From assembly GCA_025839675.1 (NCBI GenBank), contig CP104013.1:5040001-5072000 (forward strand): DNA of 32,000 nt, written 5' to 3'. Source of the DNA: Candidatus Lokiarchaeum ossiferum (GTDB taxonomy: Archaea; Asgardarchaeota; Lokiarchaeia; Sigyniarchaeales; Promethearchaeaceae). Every line of letters starts with the position of its first letter. Positions within the stretch are counted from its first letter, which is position 1. The position numbers and the translations under genes are program-made. Below are positions 15,728 through 24,329 of this stretch, one piece after another. The notes under the pieces are model-generated. The model was given only the letters and a program-made list of their open reading frames with translations, was not told where the DNA came from and ran no database searches.

Positions 15728-17905
15728 CTAAGAAATTACCCAAAATATACTCTTTTGGTGATTTGCTACTCCAATTCGATTGAGATAGACTGCATTATTT
15801 GTGAAGTCGAAATCATTATCGTCTAGTAACCCAAAATTTCCTCCATCCAAATATATTAATCCACGAGTAAGATCTATATCGCCTAATATAAGGTACATGT
15901 TTGTGTAATTATTGCGTGATTGATATGCCCGAAGTCGAATTATTTCAGTTCCATTTGAAGTCATTTTAGTATGATTTTCTGGTAGTAAATAATATCCAAT
16001 CTCGTGATCAAACTGAATTACCGAATTATTCCCATAAAATCCAAAAGGATACGCCCAATGGAAGTTTCCTGTAACAATAGATTGGTCATCTGCCAATTTC
16101 TGGGGACTTTCATCATAATTCAAATCGAAATCGCTGGAGTAATATGCGAATTTTTCAATGAACCCACGGTCCGAGGATGAAATATAGTCAGCAAACAATG
16201 TCTGATACGAAATACTTGAAATTAGATTAATCGCGCAAAAAACGGTTAAAACCTTCCGATTTCTCTTTTTTAGCAGAATTCGAGATTGGTTATAAAAGAA
16301 ATACCTTCCCACTCCGATAAAAATGAACGGTACGAATATTTCAATCATTCGAATGATAAAAGAAGGGATGATTGAGAGAACAATCGATGATAGAATTAAT
16401 CCAACTATACATATCATGTAAAGAAAGTTAGATTTTCCTACTAAACTATAATTGCGGTAGAGAGAGAATCCAATGATACTGGCTGAGCAAAGAATTGCGA
16501 TAATGATCGTTTCTATAACTGAAATGCCTATATTTGATGGAAAAAACCCTTTCTCTCTAATTATCAACACAATATACACGATTGGACCGATAAGAATTAG
16601 TGCTGGAATTAGGAATTTGAAATAATATTTTTTTTCAAAAATAATTGTCGTGTTTTCAGGATCAAAAAATTTAGGTGTTGGATTTTTGGTTGAGAAGGTA
16701 TATCTGTGAATAAATTTTTCAATAAGGATGAAAACAAATACTATGGGAAGTATCGCGAGAAAAATCAAAGGATTTGTCGGGATATTAATATTTGATAGCA
16801 CATATCGACTATAAGGATTCAAAAGCAAACTTGTTCCAGCTAAAACGAGGGACGAAATGAAATCCCATTTAAAATTTTTATCCCGTATAATTAAAAAGAA
16901 TTCAATAAAAATTAATGGAGTTAAATAGATCAATGCGTTTATGACGTGAGTAAACGTGATAGCCAGTATTAGCATCGCTTTGATCGAAATAAATTTCCAA
17001 GTCTCCTCTATTGGAAGGAAGGAAGGAGAAGGGATTTTTTTAAGCCGTTGGATATATTGATGATAAAGTTCCAATCCAAAGAAAGTAGTTAGGGCGGTTG
17101 GCCAATATTGTGAAAGATTTAATATCGTTCCAAAAATTGTGATCGTAAATAATATTGTTGTAATGATTGAGATATTCTTATTTTTACTTATTCTTCGTGT
17201 AATGGTGTAAAAAAGGAGACATCCGAGGGGAAGTTGAAATAAACCAATAAATTTTGCAAGTATTTCAATACCAAACCCTGACATCAGAGAAAAGGATGCT
17301 CCGAGAAAATGGTAGGTTAATTTTCCGTAATATTCGGAATAATCTTCCAAAAATCCCGTGCGAATCAATTCTTGGGATAGGGTCATATGATACCAAGCAT
17401 CATCAAATGCAACCACCGGAGAGCGCAAGGCACAAAATATGGATAATAAGACTAAAAAAATCTCCAGAAAAAACTGATTTGATTTGAAAATTTTCACAAA
17501 TTCTTTTAACATTTTTTCTAAACTTAAAGATTGATGCCATATTGATGCAATATGCTTGGATTGAATCTTATAAAGAATCATTTCAATCAAAATAAGGGAG
17601 AAAATGAAGAAGAAATTTATGAGGGCTATCTTCCATCTAAATAGTTCCCATTCAAATATTAAAAAGATTTTTGCGATGAAAGTCCAAAAAATTAAAACGA
17701 TAACTTGAGAAGTTAGAATTCTATCAAGCGCATTTTGTAATTTGAATAAAAACGAAAGCAAAATGATGGGAAATATTTCGCAAGTTAGAACAATCCAGAT
17801 AATATTGATGAAGGGAGATGATGTAGTAAAAAAAATGTTCAATAGGGCTATGCAAATTAAAATTGCGAACGGAAAAAAGATAGTTATTTTTAGATTTGAT
17901 CCCAT
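15728..17905 (-). CDS. Polytopic membrane protein, candidate GT-C-fold glycosyltransferase (ArnT/PMT/AglS-like) with an extra N-terminal 4-TM module and a sequon-rich C-terminal soluble domain
   Basis: 725 aa with many predicted helices. The acidic motif AFDDAWYH (D168-D169) sits directly after a helix (FFLEIFLVLLSIFCAL), as in the first outer loop of GT-C enzymes. The C-terminal ~150 aa are hydrophilic. There is no WWDxG motif, so this is not a canonical AglB/STT3. Confidence 0.45.
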   Translation of the reverse strand: MGSNLKITIFFPFAILICIALLNIFFTTSSPFINIIWIVLTCEIFPIILLSFLFKLQNALDRILTSQVIVLIFWTFIAKIFLIFEWELFRWKIALINFFFIFSLILIEMILYKIQSKHIASIWHQSLSLEKMLKEFVKIFKSNQFFLEIFLVLLSIFCALRSPVVAFDDAWYHMTLSQELIRTGFLEDYSEYYGKLTYHFLGASFSLMSGFGIEILAKFIGLFQLPLGCLLFYTITRRISKNKNISIITTILFTITIFGTILNLSQYWPTALTTFFGLELYHQYIQRLKKIPSPSFLPIEETWKFISIKAMLILAITFTHVINALIYLTPLIFIEFFLIIRDKNFKWDFISSLVLAGTSLLLNPYSRYVLSNINIPTNPLIFLAILPIVFVFILIEKFIHRYTFSTKNPTPKFFDPENTTIIFEKKYYFKFLIPALILIGPIVYIVLIIREKGFFPSNIGISVIETIIIAILCSASIIGFSLYRNYSLVGKSNFLYMICIVGLILSSIVLSIIPSFIIRMIEIFVPFIFIGVGRYFFYNQSRILLKKRNRKVLTVFCAINLISSISYQTLFADYISSSDRGFIEKFAYYSSDFDLNYDESPQKLADDQSIVTGNFHWAYPFGFYGNNSVIQFDHEIGYYLLPENHTKMTSNGTEIIRLRAYQSRNNYTNMYLILGDIDLTRGLIYLDGGNFGLLDDNDFDFTNNAVYLNRIGVANHQKSIFWVIS

Positions 17906-17957
17906 CTTATGCTATCCTCATTATAGTTGTAAACAATATTTATTCAACTAAAAAATA

Positions 17958-18911
17958 TTACAAATTAAACTTTGCTTTATAATAGTCTAAGTATTCTTTA
18001 AAGCCCGAAACCGCATCATATTGCGCTTCATACCCTAATAATTGTTTTGCTAAATTCATATCTCCATAACTATGAAGAATATCGCCATTTCGGACCGAAG
18101 TATATTCAATATCGATATTTTTTTTCCCAGATTCTTGAATCATAATTTTGGTTAATTCGGTTAGGCCTATTGGTTTTCCTGCTGCAATATTTAGTACTTT
18201 TCCTGCTGTTTCTTTTGAGAGGCCCGCTAATATGTTTGCTCTAACCACATCTTTGACGTATGTAAAATCTCGAGATTGTTTTCCATCCCCAAAAATGATA
18301 GGGTTCTTTCCCTCAAAAATTTGGGCAAGAAAGATAGCGATGACTCCACTGTAAGTTGAATCCTTCTGCCGAGGTCCAAAAACATTGAAATACCGTAGAG
18401 CGGTAGTATTTAAACCATACACCCGGTTATATGAAACTAAATACGCTTCTGCGGCTTGTTTTGCCACACCGTAGGGAGAAATAGGATCTAATTTCATATT
18501 TTCATGTTTTGGTAAAGTTGGTGTATCGCCGTAGACCGAAGAACTCGAAGCAAAAACAATTTTCTCTACATCTCGAATTCGTGCTGCGTTTAAAATGTTT
18601 AATGTTCCGGACACATTCACATCATTGCAAAGTTGAGGCATGATAATTGACTGTGGGACACTCGTAAATGCTGCTTCATGATAAACAATATCTATATCTC
18701 GCATCAAATGGAGGAGTCGATCGTAATCTCTAATGTCACCTTTATAGAAAGTAAATTTTTTGTTCTTTTGAGCGGATTCAAGATTTTCCATCCTTCCGTT
18801 AAACATGTTATCCAATCCAATGACTACTGCACCTTGGGATAATAGAGCATCTACTAAATTGCTACCAATGAACCCCGCAGCTCCAGTTACCAATATTCGT
18901 TTTCCTTCCAT
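17958..18911 (-). CDS. NAD-dependent UDP-sugar 4-epimerase (extended SDR, WbpP/TviC-like)
   Basis: 317 aa. Contains ILVTGAAGFIGSNLVDALL, GLDNMFNGRMENL, SSSSVYGD and YGVAK (YxxxK). Confidence 0.75.
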   Translation of the reverse strand: MEGKRILVTGAAGFIGSNLVDALLSQGAVVIGLDNMFNGRMENLESAQKNKKFTFYKGDIRDYDRLLHLMRDIDIVYHEAAFTSVPQSIIMPQLCNDVNVSGTLNILNAARIRDVEKIVFASSSSVYGDTPTLPKHENMKLDPISPYGVAKQAAEAYLVSYNRVYGLNTTALRYFNVFGPRQKDSTYSGVIAIFLAQIFEGKNPIIFGDGKQSRDFTYVKDVVRANILAGLSKETAGKVLNIAAGKPIGLTELTKIMIQESGKKNIDIEYTSVRNGDILHSYGDMNLAKQLLGYEAQYDAVSGFKEYLDYYKAKFNL

Positions 18912-19092
18912 TATAGTTAATTAAAGAGGAGGAATCAAATAAATTTTTTTTCAATTTAGCTAATCAATTAACTCGTTTAACTTTTATTCCCGTTTTTTGA
19001 ATCAAAATCGGTATTAATAGGTATTTGGAAGTATAGAAGAAGAAAACAAAAAAGCCAAGGAATTCAAAAACTCGAATTTATATAAAGTTGAT

Positions 19093-19635
19093 TTATTTGT
19101 TTTGTTGTAAAAAGGTTTGTAGTGATGGGTTGGAAAGATCTCTTTCAGATAGGATCGGCTTATGTACTTTCCAATCTATTCCGAATGCTGGATCGTCCCA
19201 TTGAATCCCTCGTTCGAGTTTAGGATCATAATAATTTGTAACTTTATATTCAACTTCCGCCCACTCTGAAAGAACTGCAAAACCGTGAGCAAATCCTACA
19301 GGAATTAAGATTTGCTTAAAATTTGTTTCGGTTAAATTTATTCCCATCCATTTCTTAAAAGTTTTAGATTCAGGACGAATATCTACTATAAGATCCCATA
19401 TCTCCCCCTTCGTACATCGCACTAATTTTACTTGGCCTGGTGATAATTGGAAATGTAACCCTCTAACGGTATTTTTTACTGATTTTGAATGGTTATCTTG
19501 AATAAAATCATAAAATAGCCCAATAGATTCCATTTTTTTTTTTGAATATGATTCATAGAAGAATCCTCGACTATCTTGAAAAATTTTCGGCTCAAGAATC
19601 CAAACATCTGGAAAAATTGTTGCTATTTTCTTCAT
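19093..19635 (-). CDS. rmlC: dTDP-4-dehydrorhamnose 3,5-epimerase
   Basis: 180 aa cupin. Contains DSRGFFYESY, VRGLHFQ and GFAHGFAVLS, at the typical RmlC length. Confidence 0.9.
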   Translation of the reverse strand: MKKIATIFPDVWILEPKIFQDSRGFFYESYSKKKMESIGLFYDFIQDNHSKSVKNTVRGLHFQLSPGQVKLVRCTKGEIWDLIVDIRPESKTFKKWMGINLTETNFKQILIPVGFAHGFAVLSEWAEVEYKVTNYYDPKLERGIQWDDPAFGIDWKVHKPILSERDLSNPSLQTFLQQNK

Positions 19636-20067
19636 GTAAAGAACACTAATTATTTTAGAATTCTTACAAGTTTTTATTATTATTCAATTTTTCAGTTTTT
19701 CAATATTTAAATCTAAATTCGTGAGTTCGCTTTATGATCATTCAAATAGGAAATTCTTTTTTTTTAATATAACCTATTTTTATCTTGCTATACAATAAGT
19801 ATATTAAAGCTTGTGAGAATAGTTTTTTCACTTACTAATAGTGAGCACGGGATAATAACCACTAACGTGGCAAGCACGGTCACCAAAGTCTTGACGTGAA
19901 AGGTTCGCCATAAAATCTAACCTATCTTGTAGTAGGAAATTGTTAGCATACAATTGAAAATATTTTTTTTTTTGTTATTGTTGCTGATAATCGATTATTT
20001 TTAATCAAATTACTCAAAAAATACTTATTGAAAAAAAAATTAACTATTTATCATTAAGGTAATTTTT

Positions 20068-21132
20068 ATGAAAATCGCACTTATCACTGGAATAACGGGC
20101 CAAGATGGATCTTTTCTCGCTGAACTTCTATTAGATAAAGGATACGAAGTTCATGGCATCGTTAGAAGAAGTTCATCTTTCAATCGTGGTCGTATTGAAC
20201 ATCTATATATCGATGAGTATATTGAAGATATGAAATTGGAAAAACACCTCAAACTCCATTATGGGGATATGACGGATTCTACCAATCTGATTCGTTTGAT
20301 TCGTGAAATCAAGCCAGATGAAATCTATAATCTTGCAGCTCAATCTCATGTGAAGGTGTCCTTTGAAGTGCCCGAGTATACGGCTGATACTGATGGGTTA
20401 GGGATGCTTCGATTGTTAGAGGCCGTACGCTTTTTGGGTTATGAAAAAACAACCCGGATTTATCAAGCATCGACATCTGAATTATTTGGAAAAGTATTGG
20501 AAGTCCCGCAAAGTGAAACAACTCCATTTTATCCGCGCAGTCCCTATGGGGTTGCAAAATTATACGCATATTGGATTGTAAAAAATTATCGCGAGGCCTA
20601 TAACATGTTTGCTGTGAATGGTATCTTATTTAATCATGAATCCGAGCGACGTGGGGAAACTTTTGTGACTCGTAAAATTACTCTTGCTGCAGCTCGAATT
20701 GCTCAAGGAAAACAGAAAAAATTATATCTTGGGAATATGAACGCAAAACGTGATTGGGGGTATGCGCGAGATTATGTGGAATGCATGTGGTTAATGTTAC
20801 AGCATGATGTGCCGGAAGATTTTGTGATAGCAACTGGTGAAATGCATACAGTCCGCGAATTTTGCACTTTAGCCTTCCGTGAAGCTGGGATTGATCTCCA
20901 ATGGGAAGGAAAGGGAGTAGATGAAAAAGGAATTGATAAGGAATCAGGCAAAACGCTCATTGAAGTCGATCCAAAATATTTCCGACCCACAGAAGTGGAA
21001 CAATTATTGGGTGACCCTCGGAAAGCTAAAAAAATATTAGGGTGGAATCCCACCTCAACTTCATTTGCACAACTTGTTAAGCTAATGGTGAAATCGGACA
21101 TGGCAATTGTCCAAAATAATTCAAGATCCTAA
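20068..21132 (+). CDS. gmd: GDP-mannose 4,6-dehydratase
   Basis: 354 aa. Contains [58 protein letters not shown] and [11 protein letters not shown]. Confidence 0.95.
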   Translation: MKIALITGITGQDGSFLAELLLDKGYEVHGIVRRSSSFNRGRIEHLYIDEYIEDMKLEKHLKLHYGDMTDSTNLIRLIREIKPDEIYNLAAQSHVKVSFEVPEYTADTDGLGMLRLLEAVRFLGYEKTTRIYQASTSELFGKVLEVPQSETTPFYPRSPYGVAKLYAYWIVKNYREAYNMFAVNGILFNHESERRGETFVTRKITLAAARIAQGKQKKLYLGNMNAKRDWGYARDYVECMWLMLQHDVPEDFVIATGEMHTVREFCTLAFREAGIDLQWEGKGVDEKGIDKESGKTLIEVDPKYFRPTEVEQLLGDPRKAKKILGWNPTSTSFAQLVKLMVKSDMAIVQNNSRS

Positions 21133-21219
21133 AATTGGAGATCAGTAGGATTTTTTTTATTTTTATATGTAGATTTTTTAGTCGAAAAAGTAATGATTTA
21201 GTTAAGGAAGTTTGAGAAA

Positions 21220-22164
21220 ATGAAAGCACTTATTACAGGAAGCGAAGGATTTGTCGGCCCTTACCTAGTTTCTTTGTTACAGCGCAAAGATTTTATTGTT
21301 TATGGAACAGATCTGGTAAATGAACAACGATCAACAGTAGACTATTATTATCGCTTGGACATCACAGATCCTGTTCAAATAAATGAGACCTTGTCCAAAA
21401 TCTTACCCGATATTGTTTTTCATTTAGCGGGATTTAGCTCTGCTTCAAAAAGTTTTCAATTTCCGGACATCTGTCACAATGTCAATGTGGAAGGAACCCG
21501 CAATCTCTTAGATGCCATTGTTCAAACACAAAAGGAAGATATTAAAATCATAGTTATTAGTTCAGCCGAAGTATATGGGGATCCTCAAACGATTCCAATT
21601 TCTGAATCTCATCCAATTAGTGCTAAAAATCCATATGGAGAATCAAGAATTTTACAAGAGGAGCTTTGTCTCAAATATGTAAAAAACTATAACTTGAAAA
21701 TTAATATTGCCCGAAGCTTCAATCATACTGGGCCCAATCAAACTGATACCTTTGTTATTTCGAGTTTTGCGAAGCAAATTGTCCAAATTGAAAATAAACG
21801 TCTTCAATCTCTCAAAGTCGGGAATTTAGATGCAATTCGTGATTTTTCAGACGTTCGTGATGTTGTTAATGCCTATTTTGAGTTAAGTCAATTAAGAACT
21901 TATGGGGGTATATACAATATCTGTTCTGGTAAAGGTTATTCAATCAAGTATTTATTACAGATCTTAATTGATAACGCAAAATGTGAAATCGATGTAAAAC
22001 AAGATCCAAATCGGATGCGACCATCTGAAATTAAGGAATTAATTGGTGATAATTCTCGTATAAAAAGCATTTCGAGTTGGACACCAAAGTATAATATAGA
22101 AGACACCTTACTTGATATACTAAAAAATTTTCGAGTAAAAAATTCGAGTAGCAAGAATTTTTAG
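21220..22164 (+). CDS. rmd: GDP-4-dehydro-6-deoxy-D-mannose reductase (Rmd-like SDR)
   Basis: 314 aa. Contains ITGSEGFVGPYL, ARSFNHTGPNQTDTFVISSFAKQI, VGNLDAIRDFSDVRDVVNAY, IYNICSGK and QDPNRMRPSE. These match my recollection of the Pseudomonas Rmd pattern. The gene lies immediately downstream of gmd on the same strand. Confidence 0.7.
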   Translation: MKALITGSEGFVGPYLVSLLQRKDFIVYGTDLVNEQRSTVDYYYRLDITDPVQINETLSKILPDIVFHLAGFSSASKSFQFPDICHNVNVEGTRNLLDAIVQTQKEDIKIIVISSAEVYGDPQTIPISESHPISAKNPYGESRILQEELCLKYVKNYNLKINIARSFNHTGPNQTDTFVISSFAKQIVQIENKRLQSLKVGNLDAIRDFSDVRDVVNAYFELSQLRTYGGIYNICSGKGYSIKYLLQILIDNAKCEIDVKQDPNRMRPSEIKELIGDNSRIKSISSWTPKYNIEDTLLDILKNFRVKNSSSKNF

Positions 22165-22305
22165 TGCAATATCGCTGAAAAATGGAAAATAGGTAAAAAG
22201 AAAAGATCGATTGAATCTCTGGACAATAAAGTGCATCCATAAAGTGATATTCAAAAAAAAGACTCTTCTGGAATATATTTCTCTTGTAAAATTGTTCGTA
22301 CCTAT

Positions 22306-23190
22306 TTATTGATGATTTATTTGTTTTAAATGTTGAAAACTGACTTCTATTCCTCGAAATCGGTGATAATTGGTTTGTTGAATTTTTTGGGTGTTAAGTG
22401 AAGAATTATCTGGTCGAGGGGCATTTTGCTTGAAAAAATCGACTGGTTCTAATAAATCAGGGCTAAATTTAAAAATATTCACTAATTTAGTAACAAAATC
22501 ATATCGTGAGATAGCTTCTGGACCCGTAGTGTGGTAAATTTCTGTAGTTTTGAATTCTGAGACATCGTATAAAAATTTCACTAAATCATCAACCAATGTG
22601 GGAGTGGTAATTTGCCCCTTAATTATTTTAATGTGTTTTCCGTTATGAAATTGCTTATAGGCCCATGAGAAAAAATTATCACGTTGGTTTGCAGCAGGCC
22701 AACCGTATAGAACTGAAGTTCGGCAAATTAAAGCCGTTACTCCTGATTCAAGTACATTTTTTTCCCCCCGTAATTTGGATTCTCCGTAAACACCCAAAGG
22801 ATTCGGTTCCTCCTCCTCAGTATAATTTCCTCTTTTTCCATCAAAAATGAAATCTGTTGAGATATGTATCAGACGGCCTTTATTCTCTTTAATTGCGTTT
22901 GCAACATTTAAGGGGCCAATAGCATTTATCAAATTTGCTTTTTCTGGGAAATCCTCGCATGCATCAACATTTGTCATGGCGGCAGTCAGTATTGTCAAGT
23001 TCGGTTTTAAACGATTAAAAACTGTCTTCACTTGTTCCGCATTTGTGATATCTAGTTGAATTGGATGAAATTTCTCATCAATTTCACTGATAGTGATGTC
23101 TGCTGCATATACATCATACTTATTTTCAAAAATTGGGAGAAGTTTTCCTCCCAAGAATCCATTTGCTCCAATAACAAGAATTTTTTCCAT
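22306..23190 (-). CDS. rmlD: dTDP-4-dehydrorhamnose reductase
   Basis: 294 aa. Contains ILVIGANGFLGGKL, TAAMTNVDACE, ISTDFIFDG and VYGESKLRGE. Confidence 0.8.
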   Translation of the reverse strand: MEKILVIGANGFLGGKLLPIFENKYDVYAADITISEIDEKFHPIQLDITNAEQVKTVFNRLKPNLTILTAAMTNVDACEDFPEKANLINAIGPLNVANAIKENKGRLIHISTDFIFDGKRGNYTEEEEPNPLGVYGESKLRGEKNVLESGVTALICRTSVLYGWPAANQRDNFFSWAYKQFHNGKHIKIIKGQITTPTLVDDLVKFLYDVSEFKTTEIYHTTGPEAISRYDFVTKLVNIFKFSPDLLEPVDFFKQNAPRPDNSSLNTQKIQQTNYHRFRGIEVSFQHLKQINHQ

Positions 23191-23409
23191 AACATCACCA
23201 TGGGGTAAAAGAAATGTGGTTTAATCGCTTCCCATTTCAATATATGAAAGATTGTTATTAAAAATGATCTATATGGTGGTTTTAGGTGTTCAAAAGTAAT
23301 CTCCCAATTTATTCTGTTCCTACAAGGTGAGTATTATTTATTTTTGTATATCTAAAATCTAAAGCGATAAACAGTAAATTATTTAATCCATTGGATTTAA
23401 AATATATTC

Positions 23410-24285
23410 ATGAAAGGAATCATCTTAGCTGGCGGAAGCGGAACCCGTCTTTATCCAATTACCCATGTAATTAGCAAGCAATTATTACCAATCTATGATA
23501 AACCGATGGTCTACTATCCACTTTCCGTGTTAATGTTGGCCGAAATTCGTGAAATTTTGATTATTTCCGATCCAAAGAATTTGCCTCTCTATCAAGAATT
23601 GCTGGGAGATGGTTCCGAAATTGGATTGAAATTATCTTATAAAGTCCAAGAAGCTCCTAAAGGGATTGCAGAGGCGTTTATCTTAGGAGAAGAATTCATA
23701 AATGGGGATAAAGTCGCATTGATTCTTGGTGATAATGTGTTTTATGGCAGAGGTTTCAGTTCATTGCTCACAAGTGTAAGTGAATTGGATTCTGGAGCTT
23801 ATATTTTTGGATATTATGTTAATAACCCCGAGGATTTTGGAGTTGCAGAATTTGATGATAATTTCAATGTTCTCTCAATCGAAGAGAAACCCAAAAAACC
23901 AAAATCGAATTATGCCATTCCTGGATTATATTTCTATGATGAAGATGTTGTATCCATTGCTAAATCGTTAACTCCATCAGCAAGAGGGGAACTCGAAATA
24001 ACTGCGCTTAATAATGTTTATTTCAAGAAGGGGAAGTTAAAAGTGCAGATCTTGGGCCGTGGATTTGCGTGGCTGGATACCGGATCATATGATGGATTAG
24101 CCAATGCAACAGATTTTGTAAGGACTATTCAAAAGAGAACTGGGTTGAATATATCGTGTTTAGAAGAAATCGCCTATATGAAAAAATTCATTTCCCTCGG
24201 CCAATTGGTTAAACTTGGGAAAAAATATGAAAAAACGGATTATGGCAAATATATCTTGAAAATAGCAGCCCAAGAAAATCAATAG
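23410..24285 (+). CDS. rmlA: Glucose-1-phosphate thymidylyltransferase
   Basis: 291 aa. Reads MKGIILAGGSGTRLYPITHVISKQLLPIYDKPMVYYPLSVLMLA and also contains LGDNVFYG. Confidence 0.95.
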   Translation: MKGIILAGGSGTRLYPITHVISKQLLPIYDKPMVYYPLSVLMLAEIREILIISDPKNLPLYQELLGDGSEIGLKLSYKVQEAPKGIAEAFILGEEFINGDKVALILGDNVFYGRGFSSLLTSVSELDSGAYIFGYYVNNPEDFGVAEFDDNFNVLSIEEKPKKPKSNYAIPGLYFYDEDVVSIAKSLTPSARGELEITALNNVYFKKGKLKVQILGRGFAWLDTGSYDGLANATDFVRTIQKRTGLNISCLEEIAYMKKFISLGQLVKLGKKYEKTDYGKYILKIAAQENQ

Positions 24286-24329
24286 ATCTTTCAGATATTA
24301 TTTTTTCAGAAATCTCATTTCAATTTTTT

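Noticed and set aside
15728-17905. Calling the 725-aa membrane protein the archaeal oligosaccharyltransferase AglB (STT3/PglB family).
   Set aside because: I scanned the sequence and found no WWDxG (WWDYG) motif or a close variant. The only Trp contexts are IIWIV, EWELFRWK, SIWHQ, DAWYH, QYWPT, ETWKF, FKWDF, FHWAY, IFWTF and IFWVI. I kept it as a generic GT-C-like candidate only.
19838-19912. The G+C-rich ~75-nt island as a tRNA gene or tRNA fragment (GGTTCGCCA looks T-loop/CCA-like), or as a fluoride (crcB-type) riboswitch because of TTCGCCATAAA.
   Set aside because: I could not build a cloverleaf. There is no 7-bp acceptor pairing, and the would-be T-loop lacks the conserved TTCRA context on either strand. 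For the riboswitch, the 5' partner (GGCGA) needed to pair with TCGCC is absent, and the downstream gene (gmd) does not fit. The riboswitch comparison relies on my memory of the consensus.
21220-22164. Assigning the SDR downstream of gmd as GDP-L-fucose synthase (Fcl/GMER).
   Set aside because: The N-terminus (ITGSEGFVG) and internal blocks (FNHTGPNQ, VGNLDAIRDF, QDPNRMRPSE) follow the Rmd-type pattern as I recall it, rather than the Fcl pattern (VAGHRGLVG...). This remains to be confirmed by phylogeny.
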